A DNA stretch of 16,108 nucleotides from an uncultured Deinococcales bacterium (GTDB taxonomy: Bacteria > Deinococcota > Deinococci > Deinococcales > JAAFIG01): the NCBI GenBank assembly GCA_964244895.1, contig CAXTKV010000120.1, positions 1-16,108 of the forward strand. Reading direction: 5' to 3'. Shown here one piece after another: positions 1 through 8,465 of this stretch (positions are counted from its first letter, which is position 1; the number at the start of each line of letters is the position of its first letter). The position numbers and the translations under genes were made by a program. Below the pieces are notes generated by a model. The model saw only the letters and a list, made by a program, of their open reading frames with translations. It was not told the DNA's origin and searched no databases.

Positions 1-865
1 TGATCTCGGAGGGGAAGGCGCTCGTCGGGGGGGCTGCGTTGGTGACGGGGGCCGGGCCCGTCTTGGCGACGCTCCGCAGCACCGTTTCCGCGTCCCGCGG
101 CACCAGGCTGCGCAGGTCGATCACCTCGACGCTGACGCCTTCGTCCTCGAGCAATTCGGCGGCGCGCAGCGTTTCGATCATCATGCCGCCGTAGCTGATC
201 AGCGTCAGGTCGCGCCCCTCGCGGCGCACGACGGCCTGACCGATGGGCACCAGGGCGTCGCTCGAGAGGTCGACTTCGGCTTTGACGGCGCGGTAGATGC
301 GTTTGGGTTCGAAGAAGATCACGGGGTCGTCGTCGCGGATGGCAGATTTCAGCAGGCCGCGCGCGTCGGCGGGCGTGCTGGGCATCACGACTTTCAGGCC
401 GGGCGTGTGGGTGAAGTAGGCTTCGGGGCTCTGGCTGTGGTGGTGCCCGCCCTTGACGCCGCCGCCGGAGGGCGTGCGGATTACCATCGGCGCGCTGAAA
501 TGGCCGCCGGATCGGTAGCGGATCTTGGCGGCCTGCGAGACGATCTGGTCGAAACCGGGGTAGATGTAATCCGAAAATTGAATCTCTGCCACGGGTCGTA
601 AGCCTCGCAGGGCCATGCCGATGGCCATGCCGACGATTCCAGCTTCGGAAAGGGGTGTGTCCAGCACGCGAGATGGGCCGTATTTGGCCTGCAAGCCCTC
701 GGTCGCCAGGAACACGCCGCCGCGCCCCCCCACGTCCTGGCCGAAGACCACGACGCTCTGATCGCGGGACAGTTCCTCGTCCAGGGCGCGCGTGATAGCC
801 TGAATCAAGTTGAGCGTGATCGCGCCAGATGCGTTCCGGGATGGTTTCTCGGGTGCGATGGTCAC
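1..865 (-). CDS. bkdA2: 2-oxoacid (branched-chain alpha-keto acid) dehydrogenase E1 beta subunit, runs off the window start (3' partial)
   Basis: Manual translation from GTG at 865 (GTGA overlap with the alpha stop; SD GGAGGT upstream): MTIAPEKP...[15 protein letters not shown]...[19 protein letters not shown]...[11 protein letters not shown]...[15 protein letters not shown]...[11 protein letters not shown]...FFEPKRIY...EVIDLRSL, all typical E1-beta motifs. Absent from the ORF track because there is no stop in the window. Confidence 0.93.
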   Translation of the reverse strand, partial: MTIAPEKPSRNASGAITLNLIQAITRALDEELSRDQSVVVFGQDVGGRGGVFLATEGLQAKYGPSRVLDTPLSEAGIVGMAIGMALRGLRPVAEIQFSDYIYPGFDQIVSQAAKIRYRSGGHFSAPMVIRTPSGGGVKGGHHHSQSPEAYFTHTPGLKVVMPSTPADARGLLKSAIRDDDPVIFFEPKRIYRAVKAEVDLSSDALVPIGQAVVRREGRDLTLISYGGMMIETLRAAELLEDEGVSVEVIDLRSLVPRDAETVLRSVAKTGPAPVTNAAPPTSAFPSEI

Positions 866-1953
866 GACCTGACCTCCGCCTCGAGTTCGGCCTTCTGGCG
901 TTTCAGAATCGGTGTGGGTTCCAGGAATACGTCGTCGATGATCGTGTCCCAGCCGGGTTCGCCGGATGTTTCGGCGCTTTGAATCGCGGCGTCGATTTCC
1001 GGGCTGATCTGGTCGCGGTAGCGCGCCTCGAGATCATCCGTCCAGATCCCCTCGCGTTCCAGGAAGCGCTGGAAACGCTGGATCGGATCGCGGGCTTTCC
1101 AGGCTTCGACTTCCGCGCGCGGACGGTATTTGCTGTCGTTATCCGCGCTCGAATGCGAACCGTAGCGGTAGGTCACGGCCTCGATCAGGCTGGGGCCGCC
1201 GCCGGATCTCGCGCGATCCGCGCATTCCGCGACCACGGATTGCACGGCCAGCACGTCCTGGCCGTCCACCAGGTAGCCCGGCATGCCGTAAGCGTGCGCC
1301 TTGACGCAGACGTTCCGGGATGCGCTCTGGCCGCGAAAGCCGACGCTGATGGCGTAATGGTTGTTCTCGCAGAGGTAGACGATGTTCGCGCCGTAGACGC
1401 CACCGAAGTTCATTCCGGCGTGCCAGTCGCCTTCAGAAGTCGCGCCCTCGCCGAAGCTGACCAGCGTCATCTCGTCCCAGCCGTTCAGTTTCTGCGCGAT
1501 GGCCGTACCCGCCGCTGGCGGCAGTTGCGAGGCGATCGCGGAGCAGACGCTCACGAAATTCCGTTCTCTCGAGCCGAAATGCTGCGGCATCTGGCGGCCC
1601 TTGGCGGGGTCGGCGCTTTGTCCCATCAGTTGCGCCACGATCTCGAAGATCGGCACGCCGACCGCGAGGGCCATGCCGAGATCGCGGTAGTACGGGTAAA
1701 TCCAGTCGCGGCCCGCTCGGACGGCGTGCGCCGCGCCGACCTGGACGCCCTCTTGACCGCTCGATTGGGCGTAGAAGCTGGTCTTGCCCTGCCGCAAGAG
1801 CGTGACCATGCGCTCGTCCAGGACGCGGGCCGTCAGCATGTCGCGGTAGATGCGTTCCAGTTGGGCTTGCGAATGCTCGAGCGTCCAGCGTCCGATCCGC
1901 TTGCCGTCGTCACCCACGCGTTGAATGGGGTTTTCGGTGAACGGCTTGTGCAT
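862..1953 (-). CDS. bkdA1: 2-oxoacid (branched-chain) dehydrogenase E1 alpha subunit, TPP-dependent
   Basis: TPP motif GEGATSEGD...[16 protein letters not shown], and [15 protein letters not shown] loop (HSSAD type as in BCKDH). Start set at ATG 1953 (MHKPF) with SD GGAGG; the longer ORF-track start at 2157 runs through repeats. Confidence 0.92.
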   Translation of the reverse strand: MHKPFTENPIQRVGDDGKRIGRWTLEHSQAQLERIYRDMLTARVLDERMVTLLRQGKTSFYAQSSGQEGVQVGAAHAVRAGRDWIYPYYRDLGMALAVGVPIFEIVAQLMGQSADPAKGRQMPQHFGSRERNFVSVCSAIASQLPPAAGTAIAQKLNGWDEMTLVSFGEGATSEGDWHAGMNFGGVYGANIVYLCENNHYAISVGFRGQSASRNVCVKAHAYGMPGYLVDGQDVLAVQSVVAECADRARSGGGPSLIEAVTYRYGSHSSADNDSKYRPRAEVEAWKARDPIQRFQRFLEREGIWTDDLEARYRDQISPEIDAAIQSAETSGEPGWDTIIDDVFLEPTPILKRQKAELEAEVRS

Positions 1954-2007
1954 GAATCGCCTCCATCTCGGGATGCTCTGATCGTCTGGTCGGGTTGCGT
2001 TTTCTGA

Positions 2008-2013
2008 ATCATA
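2008..2013 (-). promoter_or_regulatory. Putative -10 box (TATGAT) for the E1 alpha/beta operon
   Basis: TATGAT on the minus strand about 55 nt upstream of ATG 1953; no convincing -35. Confidence 0.4.
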
Positions 2014-2068
2014 GCCGCCCCACGCATGAGTGCTCCAAGAGGCGTATCGCTTTCGGGCGTGACAGCAT

Positions 2069-2186
2069 CGTGAGGGACGGTTTGAAATGAAGATTCTCCG
2101 TGCTGGACAGTCTTCTCGAGATACAACGAAGACCGTCCAGCACGACACTTCCCGCAATCTTAGATATTCGCGTCCTGGACGGTGTT
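2069..2186. repeat. REP-like cluster (ACACCGTCC family), about 4 units
   Basis: CGTGCTGGACAGTCTTC (2099-2115) is inverted to GAAGACCGTCCAGCACG (2128-2144); GCGTCCTGGACGGTGTT (2170-2186); degenerate CGTGAGGGACGGTTT (2069-2083). Confidence 0.8.
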
Positions 2187-2326
2187 ATTTACTGTTCGCC
2201 CTCCCCTGCTTCGTCGAGTCGGAGGGCTGGAGCATCCACTTCTCGATGCTCCAGCCGGGAAGGGGGCGCGCCAGGACGCTCAGTCATCGGCCAAAATCGG
2301 CTCTGGAGTCCGGGCAGGCCAACCGT

Positions 2327-2332
2327 TATAGT
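2327..2332 (+). promoter_or_regulatory. -10 box TATAGT of a probable leaderless transcript
   Basis: TATAGT-ggcgcg-ATG(2339), no SD; the geometry matches Deinococcus leaderless mRNAs. Confidence 0.7.
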
Positions 2333-2338
2333 GGCGCG

Positions 2339-3871
2339 ATGACGCTGGCGGGCACGTCTGACATCCTGGTTTCGCTCGAGGGCATCACCAAAGCCTTTCC
2401 GGGTGTGGTCGCCAACGACGACGTGACCCTGGAGGTTCGCGCGGGTGAGGTTCACGCCCTGCTGGGCGAGAACGGCGCGGGCAAGACCAGCCTGATGAGC
2501 GTGCTGTACGGCATCTACCAGCCGGACGCGGGCCGCATCAGCCTGGCGGGCAAAGAAGTCCGCATCCGCAGCCCGCAGGACGCGATGCGACTGGGCGTGG
2601 GTCTGGTGGCGCAGCACCCGATGCTGGTGCGGCGGCACACGGTCGCGGAGAACGTCGCGCTGGGCGTCAGGACGGGCTTCTTGAACCCGACCCGCGAACT
2701 CGAGGGGCGCATCCGCGAACTGGGGCAGCGCTACGGCCTGGCGGTCGATCCGCGCGCCTTCGTCTGGCAGCTTTCGGCGGGCGAACAGCAGCGCGTCGAG
2801 ATCATCAAGACCCTGCTGCGCGGCGCTCGCGTGCTGATCCTGGACGAACCCACCAGCGTCCTGACGCCCCAGGAAGCGGAGGAGTTGTTCAAGGTGCTCG
2901 AGCGCATGAAGCTCGAGGGGCACGCGGTGATCATCATCACGCACAAATTAGACGAGGTCATGCGGGTCGCGGATCGGATCACGGTGCTCCGGAAGGGACG
3001 CGTGGTCGGGCGGATGGACGCGTCGGACACCAACAAACGCGATCTGGCCAAACTGATGGTCGGACGAGAATTGTTGGACGTGCGATCCACCGGCCCGCTC
3101 GAGCTGGGAGAAAACGTGCTCGAGCTGGACGGGCTCTGGGTCGACGGCGACCGTGGCGTACCCGTCGTCAGGGATCTCAGCCTGAGCCTGCGCGGCGGCG
3201 AGGTGCTGGGACTGGCGGGCGTGGCCGGGAACGGTCAGCGCGAGCTCATAGAGGCCATCACCGGCTTGCGCCGCGCCAGCAAGGGCCGCGTGCTGATCGG
3301 CACGAATGACCTGACGGGCGCGGATGCTCGAGGCTTCGCGGCGGCGGGCGTGGCGCACATCCCGGAAGACCGTTTGCACATGGGCGTGGTCGGCAACCTG
3401 AGCGTCACCGAGAACCTGGCCTTGCGCGCCTTCGAGCGCGCGCCGTTCAGCAAGGGCGAATTGCTGGATCGCGACCAGATGGAACGCTTCGCGCTCGAGT
3501 CGATCAAACGCTACGAGGTCGCCACACCCAACCAGAATACGCGCACGAGGTTGCTCTCGGGCGGCAACGTCCAGAAATTGATCCTGGCGCGCGAACTGGC
3601 GGAAAACCCGAAGTTGATCGTCGCCGCCCACCCGACCTACGGCCTGGACGCGGGCGCGACCGCGCAGGTGCAGGAACTGCTGCTCGAGCGCGCGCGGGCT
3701 GGTGCGGGCGTGCTGTTGGTCGGTGAAGACCTGGAAGAAGTCATGAACCTTTCCGATCGGATCGCCGTGATCTTCGCCGGAGAATTGATGGGCATCGTGT
3801 CCAGGGCGGACGCCAGCATCGAGGGATTGGGCTTGATGATGGCGGGGCAGCGAAGGGAGGTTCACGCGTGA
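2339..3871 (+). CDS. ABC transporter ATP-binding protein, double NBD, CUT2 nucleoside/sugar type (NupA/YufO-like)
   Basis: Walker A GENGAGKT, LSAGEQQRVEI, Walker B LILDEPT, ITHKL; second NBD with degenerate Walker A GVAGNGQR, HIPEDR, LSGGNVQK, PTYGLD. Confidence 0.93.
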   Translation: MTLAGTSDILVSLEGITKAFPGVVANDDVTLEVRAGEVHALLGENGAGKTSLMSVLYGIYQPDAGRISLAGKEVRIRSPQDAMRLGVGLVAQHPMLVRRHTVAENVALGVRTGFLNPTRELEGRIRELGQRYGLAVDPRAFVWQLSAGEQQRVEIIKTLLRGARVLILDEPTSVLTPQEAEELFKVLERMKLEGHAVIIITHKLDEVMRVADRITVLRKGRVVGRMDASDTNKRDLAKLMVGRELLDVRSTGPLELGENVLELDGLWVDGDRGVPVVRDLSLSLRGGEVLGLAGVAGNGQRELIEAITGLRRASKGRVLIGTNDLTGADARGFAAAGVAHIPEDRLHMGVVGNLSVTENLALRAFERAPFSKGELLDRDQMERFALESIKRYEVATPNQNTRTRLLSGGNVQKLILARELAENPKLIVAAHPTYGLDAGATAQVQELLLERARAGAGVLLVGEDLEEVMNLSDRIAVIFAGELMGIVSRADASIEGLGLMMAGQRREVHA

Positions 3872-4026
3872 ACCTCGAGCGCCCTGGGAGGGGCGAACGT
3901 GGAGTTCGCCCCTCCAAAACCTGTACCGTAGGGGCGAACGTCACGCCCATGCGTGCGGGGCACGACGTGATCGCCCTCGCACCCAGAACGATCCCGAGGC
4001 TCGAGATCCCGTGGTGCAAGCCGTGA
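3868..4026 (+). CDS. Putative 52-aa bridge ORF across a repeat-filled spacer
   Basis: GTG 3868 overlaps the ATPase TGA (GTGA) with SD GGAGG; open for 52 codons (MNLERPGRGERGVRPSKTCTVGANVTPMRAGHDVIALAPRTIPRLEIPWCKP); its TGA overlaps the permease GTG 4023 (GTGA). No recognisable protein family. Confidence 0.35.
   Translation: MNLERPGRGERGVRPSKTCTVGANVTPMRAGHDVIALAPRTIPRLEIPWCKP
3887..3980. repeat. GTAG-type REP-like palindromes
   Basis: Hairpin GGAGGGGCGAAC-GTGGA-GTTCGCCCCTCC (3887-3915), then GTAGGGGCGAACGTCACGCCC (3928-3948) and degenerate GCGGGGCACGACGTGATCGCCCTCGC (3955-3980). Confidence 0.65.
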
Positions 4027-5171
4027 GCCTCGAGACGCCCGCCGCGCCGTCCCCGACGACCCCGAACGCGGCGCGCAAAACTGCTCAGAAACGCTACGGC
4101 CCGTTCCTGGTCGAACTGCGCGAGAACCCGCCAGCATCGTGGGTGCTGACCATCTCGGCGCTGTCGGTGCTGGCGGCCTTCATCCTGACGGGCGCGGTTT
4201 TTGCAACGAACGGTGTGAACCCCATGTACGCGTACTCGAAAATCATCGAGGGCACGCTGTTAAATATTCAGGGCCTATCGACCGCCGTGGCGAGGGCAAT
4301 ACCGCTCTTGCTGATCGGCGTGGGGCTGGTGGTGGCGTTCCGCGCGCAATTCCTGAACATCGGTGCGGAAGGTCAGATGGTGGCTGGCGCGACCATCGGT
4401 GGCGCGGTCGCGCTGTTCCTGCCGCCGTTGGGCGTCCTGACGCTGCCCGCCATGTTCCTGGTGGCGTTCGCGGCGGGCGCGTTCTGGGCGTTCATTCCGG
4501 CGATCCTGAAACTGCGCCTGGAAGTCAACGAGGTCATCACGACCCTGATGCTGAATTACGTCGCGGCGGGCATCCTGTCGTGGCTGGTGAACGGCCCGTG
4601 GAAGGGCAAGAACGCCGTCGGATACAGCTACACCGCCGATTTCCCGGAGGCGGCCCGCTTGCCGTTGCTGGGCTCGAGCTACATTCACTGGCCGACGCTC
4701 TTGCTGGGGTTGGCGTTCGCGGCGCTGGTGTCTTTCGTGCTGAACCGCACCCGATTGGGTTTCCGCATGCGTGTGCTGGGCGAGAACCCGGTGGCCGCGA
4801 AATACGTCGGCATCAACGCGCTGGCCACGGTGATGATGGTCGCGCTTCTTTCTGGCGGTCTGGCGGGCGTGGCGGGCATCGCGGAGGTCGCGGCGATTCA
4901 CCACAAGCTTCTAGATCCGACCCAGATCTCGCAGGGCTACGGGTTCACCGCGATCATCGTGGCCTGGTTGGCCAGAGGCAACCCGCTGGGCACGATCATC
5001 ACGGCCTTGTTCCTGGGCGTGATCTCCGCGTCCGGCGACGTGATGAAGGTTTCCTTGCAGATGCCGGGGCAGACGGTCAACGTTATCAACGGCCTGATGC
5101 TGTTCTTCTTGATCGGCACGGAACCGTTGTTGCGCTACAAGATTTCATTGGGGGGCAGGGCTGATGCGTAG
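4023..5171 (+). CDS. ABC transporter permease (BPD_transp_2, NupB/YufP-like)
   Basis: FLNIGAEGQ, NEVITTLMLNY, TRLGFRMRVLGENP, GYGFTAIIVAWLARGNP; many TM helices. Start 4023 preferred (GGTG SD plus overlap); 4011 and 4014 are alternatives. Confidence 0.92.
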   Translation: MSLETPAAPSPTTPNAARKTAQKRYGPFLVELRENPPASWVLTISALSVLAAFILTGAVFATNGVNPMYAYSKIIEGTLLNIQGLSTAVARAIPLLLIGVGLVVAFRAQFLNIGAEGQMVAGATIGGAVALFLPPLGVLTLPAMFLVAFAAGAFWAFIPAILKLRLEVNEVITTLMLNYVAAGILSWLVNGPWKGKNAVGYSYTADFPEAARLPLLGSSYIHWPTLLLGLAFAALVSFVLNRTRLGFRMRVLGENPVAAKYVGINALATVMMVALLSGGLAGVAGIAEVAAIHHKLLDPTQISQGYGFTAIIVAWLARGNPLGTIITALFLGVISASGDVMKVSLQMPGQTVNVINGLMLFFLIGTEPLLRYKISLGGRADA

Positions 5172-5349
5172 CTCGAGAAATCTCGCTTCACGCGTGCAGG
5201 ACGGGTTATTCGCTGCGATAAAAGACCTGGCGGTGAGATGCTCGAGTAAGCCAGGGTTCTCGAGAACACCGTCTGGGACGCAACTCGAGATCCGCGTCCT
5301 GGACGGTGTTCCTGCAATCAACACGCCTGAAAGGTGCAACCGTGGCTGA
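5164..5349 (+). CDS. Putative 61-aa bridge ORF across a REP-filled spacer
   Basis: ATG 5164 overlaps the permease-1 stop (ATGcgTAG); its TGA overlaps the permease-2 start (GTGgcTGA). The sequence is largely translated repeat (RVLDGV). Confidence 0.35.
   Translation: MRSSRNLASRVQDGLFAAIKDLAVRCSSKPGFSRTPSGTQLEIRVLDGVPAINTPERCNRG
5192..5311. repeat. REP-like doublet plus single unit (ACACCGTCC family)
   Basis: GAACACCGTCTGGGACGC (5264-5281) inverted to GCGTCCTGGACGGTGTTC (5294-5311) with CTCGAG in the loop; extra unit GCGTGCAGGACGG at 5192. Confidence 0.8.
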
Positions 5350-6301
5350 AGAATCCTTCCTGGTGTCCACCATCGCTCGCTCGCTCGCCTCGAGCACGCC
5401 GTTGCTGCTGGGGGCGCTCGGCGCGATCTACGCGGAGCGCGCGGGCGTGGTCAACCTGGGCATGGAAGGCATGATGGTGCTGGGGGCGCTGGCGGGCTTC
5501 GGCGTGTCGTACCAGACGGGCAACCCGTGGCTGGGCTTGATCGTGGCGGGGCTGGTCGGGATGCTCGCCGCCAGCATACACGCGTTTATTTCCGTGACCT
5601 TGCGCGCCAACCAGACGGTGTCCGGGCTGGCCCTGACGATGTTCGGCCTGGGCCTGTCCGGGCTGCTGGGCAAGTCCTTTCAGGGCGTGGCGCTCAACAA
5701 CATCCTGTCCGCCGACGGCGTGCGGGATTCGTCGTTGCAGAACGTGACCGTGCCGGGGCTGTCAACAATTCCCGTGATCGGGCCAGCCTTTTTTTCGGAT
5801 CAGAGCCCGTTGACGTACATCGCGATCGTGTTGGGTGTGATCTTGTGGTTCGTGCTGTTCAGGACGCGGCTGGGCATCATCATCCGCAGCGTCGGCGAGA
5901 ACCCCGCCTCCGCCGATGCCCTCGGCGTCAACGTGGCGCGCGTGCGCTACGCGACCGTGATCTTCGGCGGGCTGATGGCTGGGCTGGGCGGCGCGTTCAT
6001 TTCCGTGGCCTACAGACCATCCTGGACGGAGGGCACCACGGCGGGCGTCGGCTGGATCGCGCTGGCGATCGTGGTGTTCTCCGCCTGGAACCCGTTGAAC
6101 GCGATCTTCGCCGCGCTGTTTTTTGGCGCCTTGACGCACCTGTCGTTCCGCCTGCAATCGGTCGTCTCGAGCGCGGAATTGCTGACGATGCTGCCTTACG
6201 TATCCGTCGTGCTGGCCCTAACCATCAACGCGCTTCGGAAAGGCGCGAAGACGGGCGCGCCGGAATCGCTGGGGTTACCGTACCAGCGCGGGCAACGGTA
6301 G
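5342..6301 (+). CDS. ABC transporter permease (BPD_transp_2, NupC/YufQ-like)
   Basis: STPLLLGALG...ERAGVVNLGMEGMM, ANQTVSGLAL, RTRLGIIIRSVGENP, GVGWIALAIV, LPYV, APESLGLPY; SD AAGGTG before GTG 5342. Confidence 0.92.
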   Translation: MAEESFLVSTIARSLASSTPLLLGALGAIYAERAGVVNLGMEGMMVLGALAGFGVSYQTGNPWLGLIVAGLVGMLAASIHAFISVTLRANQTVSGLALTMFGLGLSGLLGKSFQGVALNNILSADGVRDSSLQNVTVPGLSTIPVIGPAFFSDQSPLTYIAIVLGVILWFVLFRTRLGIIIRSVGENPASADALGVNVARVRYATVIFGGLMAGLGGAFISVAYRPSWTEGTTAGVGWIALAIVVFSAWNPLNAIFAALFFGALTHLSFRLQSVVSSAELLTMLPYVSVVLALTINALRKGAKTGAPESLGLPYQRGQR

Positions 6302-6303
6302 AT

Positions 6304-6444
6304 AAAGCCGCAAGGAAAGCCATAAGCCGCAGGCCGCAAGGAACATCTTGAAGCCTCGAGCCGTGAGCAGCGAGCGGCAGGATAACCCTTGGAGCCTCGA
6401 ACCATAAGGAAAACCTTGCGGCTCGAGGCTTGCGGCTTGCGGCT
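6304..6444. repeat. Heptamer tandem repeats (AGCCGCA / TTGCGGC) in inverted arrangement; probable bidirectional terminator
   Basis: aagccat-aagccgc-aggccgc-aagg (6317-6341) can pair imperfectly with cc-ttgcggc-tcgaggc-ttgcggc-ttgcggc (6414-6443); lies between convergent stops at 6301 and 6449. Confidence 0.65.
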
Positions 6445-6448
6445 GCCG

Positions 6449-7498
6449 TCAATTCAGTTCGCTGATGATCTTGACGACCGGCATGAACGGCGGCAAACCG
6501 GATTTGTGCGTGCGCAGCATGGCGCTGGCGCGCATCAGGGCGTCCTCGAGGTTGCCCGCCTCGACCACGGCCCAGCCGACGGACGCGCCGCCGGAGCGTT
6601 CGGTGACGCGTTCGACCAGGGCTTGACCGTCCTCGAGCCCGAGGTGCAGGCCGATGAATTCGTCGTCGCCGGTGCGGAACACGGCGTCGTCTGCGCGGGC
6701 GCTGGCGTGCAAGGTGCGGGCGAAGACGCGGATGCGCTCGTCACCGGCCAGGCGTCCCTCGCGGTCGTTGGTGCCCTTCAGGTCGTCCAAGTCCCAGATG
6801 CTGACCAGCAGCGGCGTCTCGCGGCGGCGGGCCATGGCGGCGTACCGATCGAAGGACAGGTTCAGGGCGCGTTCGTTCTCGAGGCCGGTCAGCGCGTCCA
6901 GGGTGTTCGTCTGCTCGAGTGCCTGAGCGGTCCGCTCGAGTCGATCCAGGGTGCGGCGCTGGTGAACGCCCATCGCGGCCATCGCCAGCAGGATCGCGGC
7001 GGCAAAAGGCCACTGGTCGAAATCGGCGCGAGCCGATTGCGATCCCAGGCAGATGCCCGCAATCAACAAGCCCAGCGCTGCGAAACGCCGACCGAAGTAC
7101 GCGCCCAGGCCGTAGACGGCCAGCCCAGCGACGACGCCGAAGACCGCCAGCCCCAACCCGACGGTGTTGACGGCGCTGCTCGCGTCCGCGAAATGCCAGT
7201 TGGCCAACGGGATCAACCCGATCAAGAAGACCATCACGGCAAAATCGGCCTGGGGTTTCCAGGTCGCCCAGCAGAGCGCCGCCAGCATCGCGTAGACGCC
7301 GTGGCGCAACCAGTCGTTCGGCGCGCCGGAAAGGGCGTACAGGGGAATCGGCAAGAGCAGCATCGCCCAGGCGGGCCACCATTGCCAGCGCAATCGCCAG
7401 ATGGTTTCGGGTTCCAGGCTGAGTCGGGCGCGTTCCTCGGCGGGGTCGATCGGCGTCAGGCTGTCGGCGCGCCGCCAGGTGGTTTCAGGCAACGACAT
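6449..7498 (-). CDS. Membrane-anchored GGDEF-domain protein with variant GDDEF motif
   Basis: N-terminal TM helices, DALTGLENER, DLDDLKGTND, GRLAGD, RADD I-site, FRTGDDEF; SD AAGGAG; overlaps the upstream paralog by 14 nt. Confidence 0.9.
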   Translation of the reverse strand: MSLPETTWRRADSLTPIDPAEERARLSLEPETIWRLRWQWWPAWAMLLLPIPLYALSGAPNDWLRHGVYAMLAALCWATWKPQADFAVMVFLIGLIPLANWHFADASSAVNTVGLGLAVFGVVAGLAVYGLGAYFGRRFAALGLLIAGICLGSQSARADFDQWPFAAAILLAMAAMGVHQRRTLDRLERTAQALEQTNTLDALTGLENERALNLSFDRYAAMARRRETPLLVSIWDLDDLKGTNDREGRLAGDERIRVFARTLHASARADDAVFRTGDDEFIGLHLGLEDGQALVERVTERSGGASVGWAVVEAGNLEDALMRASAMLRTHKSGLPPFMPVVKIISELN

Positions 7499-8465
7499 AG
7501 GTGGTCTCCTTTTCGGTTCGTTCGGAATCTGATTTGAGTTGCGATTTGTGGGCGTACATCATGCGGTCGGCTTCGGCCATGGCGGCGTCCAGGTCGTGCG
7601 TGTTCTTCGTCCAGCCCGCCGCGACGCTCGGGAAGGTGTCTCTGACGCGGTCGATCAGTTCGGTGGCGTCCGTCAGGTTCAGGTGCAATCCGATGAATTC
7701 GTCGCCACCGACCCGAAAGAAGGCGTCTTCGGCGCGGGCCTCGAGCCGGAGCGCGTCCGTGAAGGCGCGCAAGTGCTTGTCGCCCGCCGCGTGACCGTGC
7801 GCGTCGTTGATGCGTTTGAGGTCGTTCAAATCCCAGCTCGTCATGACCAGTTGCACGCCCTGGCGGTGCGCCATCGACGTGTAGCGCTCGTAGTTCGTCT
7901 CGAGCGAACGGCGGTTCTCGAGATCGGTCAGGGTGTCGAGCATGGCGGCCCGTTCCAGCGCGGTTTTTGCCTGCTCGAGTTGCTTGATGATGTTGTAAAT
8001 CATCGAGCCAAAAAACGCGACGGACACGATCTGAAAGGTCGTGAACGGCAGGTAATCGGTGGTGCGCATCAACACCAGCAGGATCACACCCGTGATGGCC
8101 GCAATGATCGCTCCGGCCCAGCCGAAAAACACGCTGACGCTCATGATCGTCGGGATGCTGATGGTGCTGAAAACCAAAGACGGATCGACGTTTCGCGCCG
8201 GACCGCTCGGATCGTTGACCGTCCAGGCGATCACGATCAAGGTGCTGATGAAGTGCAGCAGCGCGCTGACGTACACGTTCCATCTGGATGTGACCTGCAG
8301 GCCGAGCGTGAACAGCGCGAACGCGCCGACCCAGACCCAGTGACCGGCTTGACCGATCAGCAGGTTCAGCACCACGACGCACAAGACCGTGACCCACGCG
8401 CCTCGCCAGAGGTTGCTGGTCTGTTGCTGGGTGAATTGCTCGAATGGGAGGGATTTGGGGTTCAC
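7485..8465 (-). CDS. Membrane-anchored diguanylate cyclase (GGDEF)
   Basis: TM N-terminus, DTLTDLENRR, DLNDLKRINDAHGHAAGD, RAED I-site, FRVGGDEF; GTG start without a clear SD. Confidence 0.92.
   Translation of the reverse strand: MNPKSLPFEQFTQQQTSNLWRGAWVTVLCVVVLNLLIGQAGHWVWVGAFALFTLGLQVTSRWNVYVSALLHFISTLIVIAWTVNDPSGPARNVDPSLVFSTISIPTIMSVSVFFGWAGAIIAAITGVILLVLMRTTDYLPFTTFQIVSVAFFGSMIYNIIKQLEQAKTALERAAMLDTLTDLENRRSLETNYERYTSMAHRQGVQLVMTSWDLNDLKRINDAHGHAAGDKHLRAFTDALRLEARAEDAFFRVGGDEFIGLHLNLTDATELIDRVRDTFPSVAAGWTKNTHDLDAAMAEADRMMYAHKSQLKSDSERTEKETTYVVA

Noticed and set aside
862..1953. Pyruvate dehydrogenase (pdhA) assignment
   Set aside because: HSSAD loop, KGRQMPQH and beta-subunit DYIYP motifs fit the branched-chain enzyme better, though substrate specificity is not proven.
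2069..2186. Repeat cluster as a CRISPR array
   Set aside because: Units are degenerate, inverted and irregularly spaced, and dispersed across many spacers; no cas genes.
2087..2338. N-terminal extensions of the ATPase (from 2087), E1 alpha (from 2157) and GGDEF (from 9947) in the ORF track
   Set aside because: They translate intergenic repeats and overlap divergent genes; better starts with an SD, a -10 box or paralog-consistent length exist downstream.
4139..5164. 341-aa and 274-aa (5527-6351) same-strand alternative-frame ORFs inside the permeases
   Set aside because: Arg/Gly-rich off-frame products typical of high GC3 codon bias.
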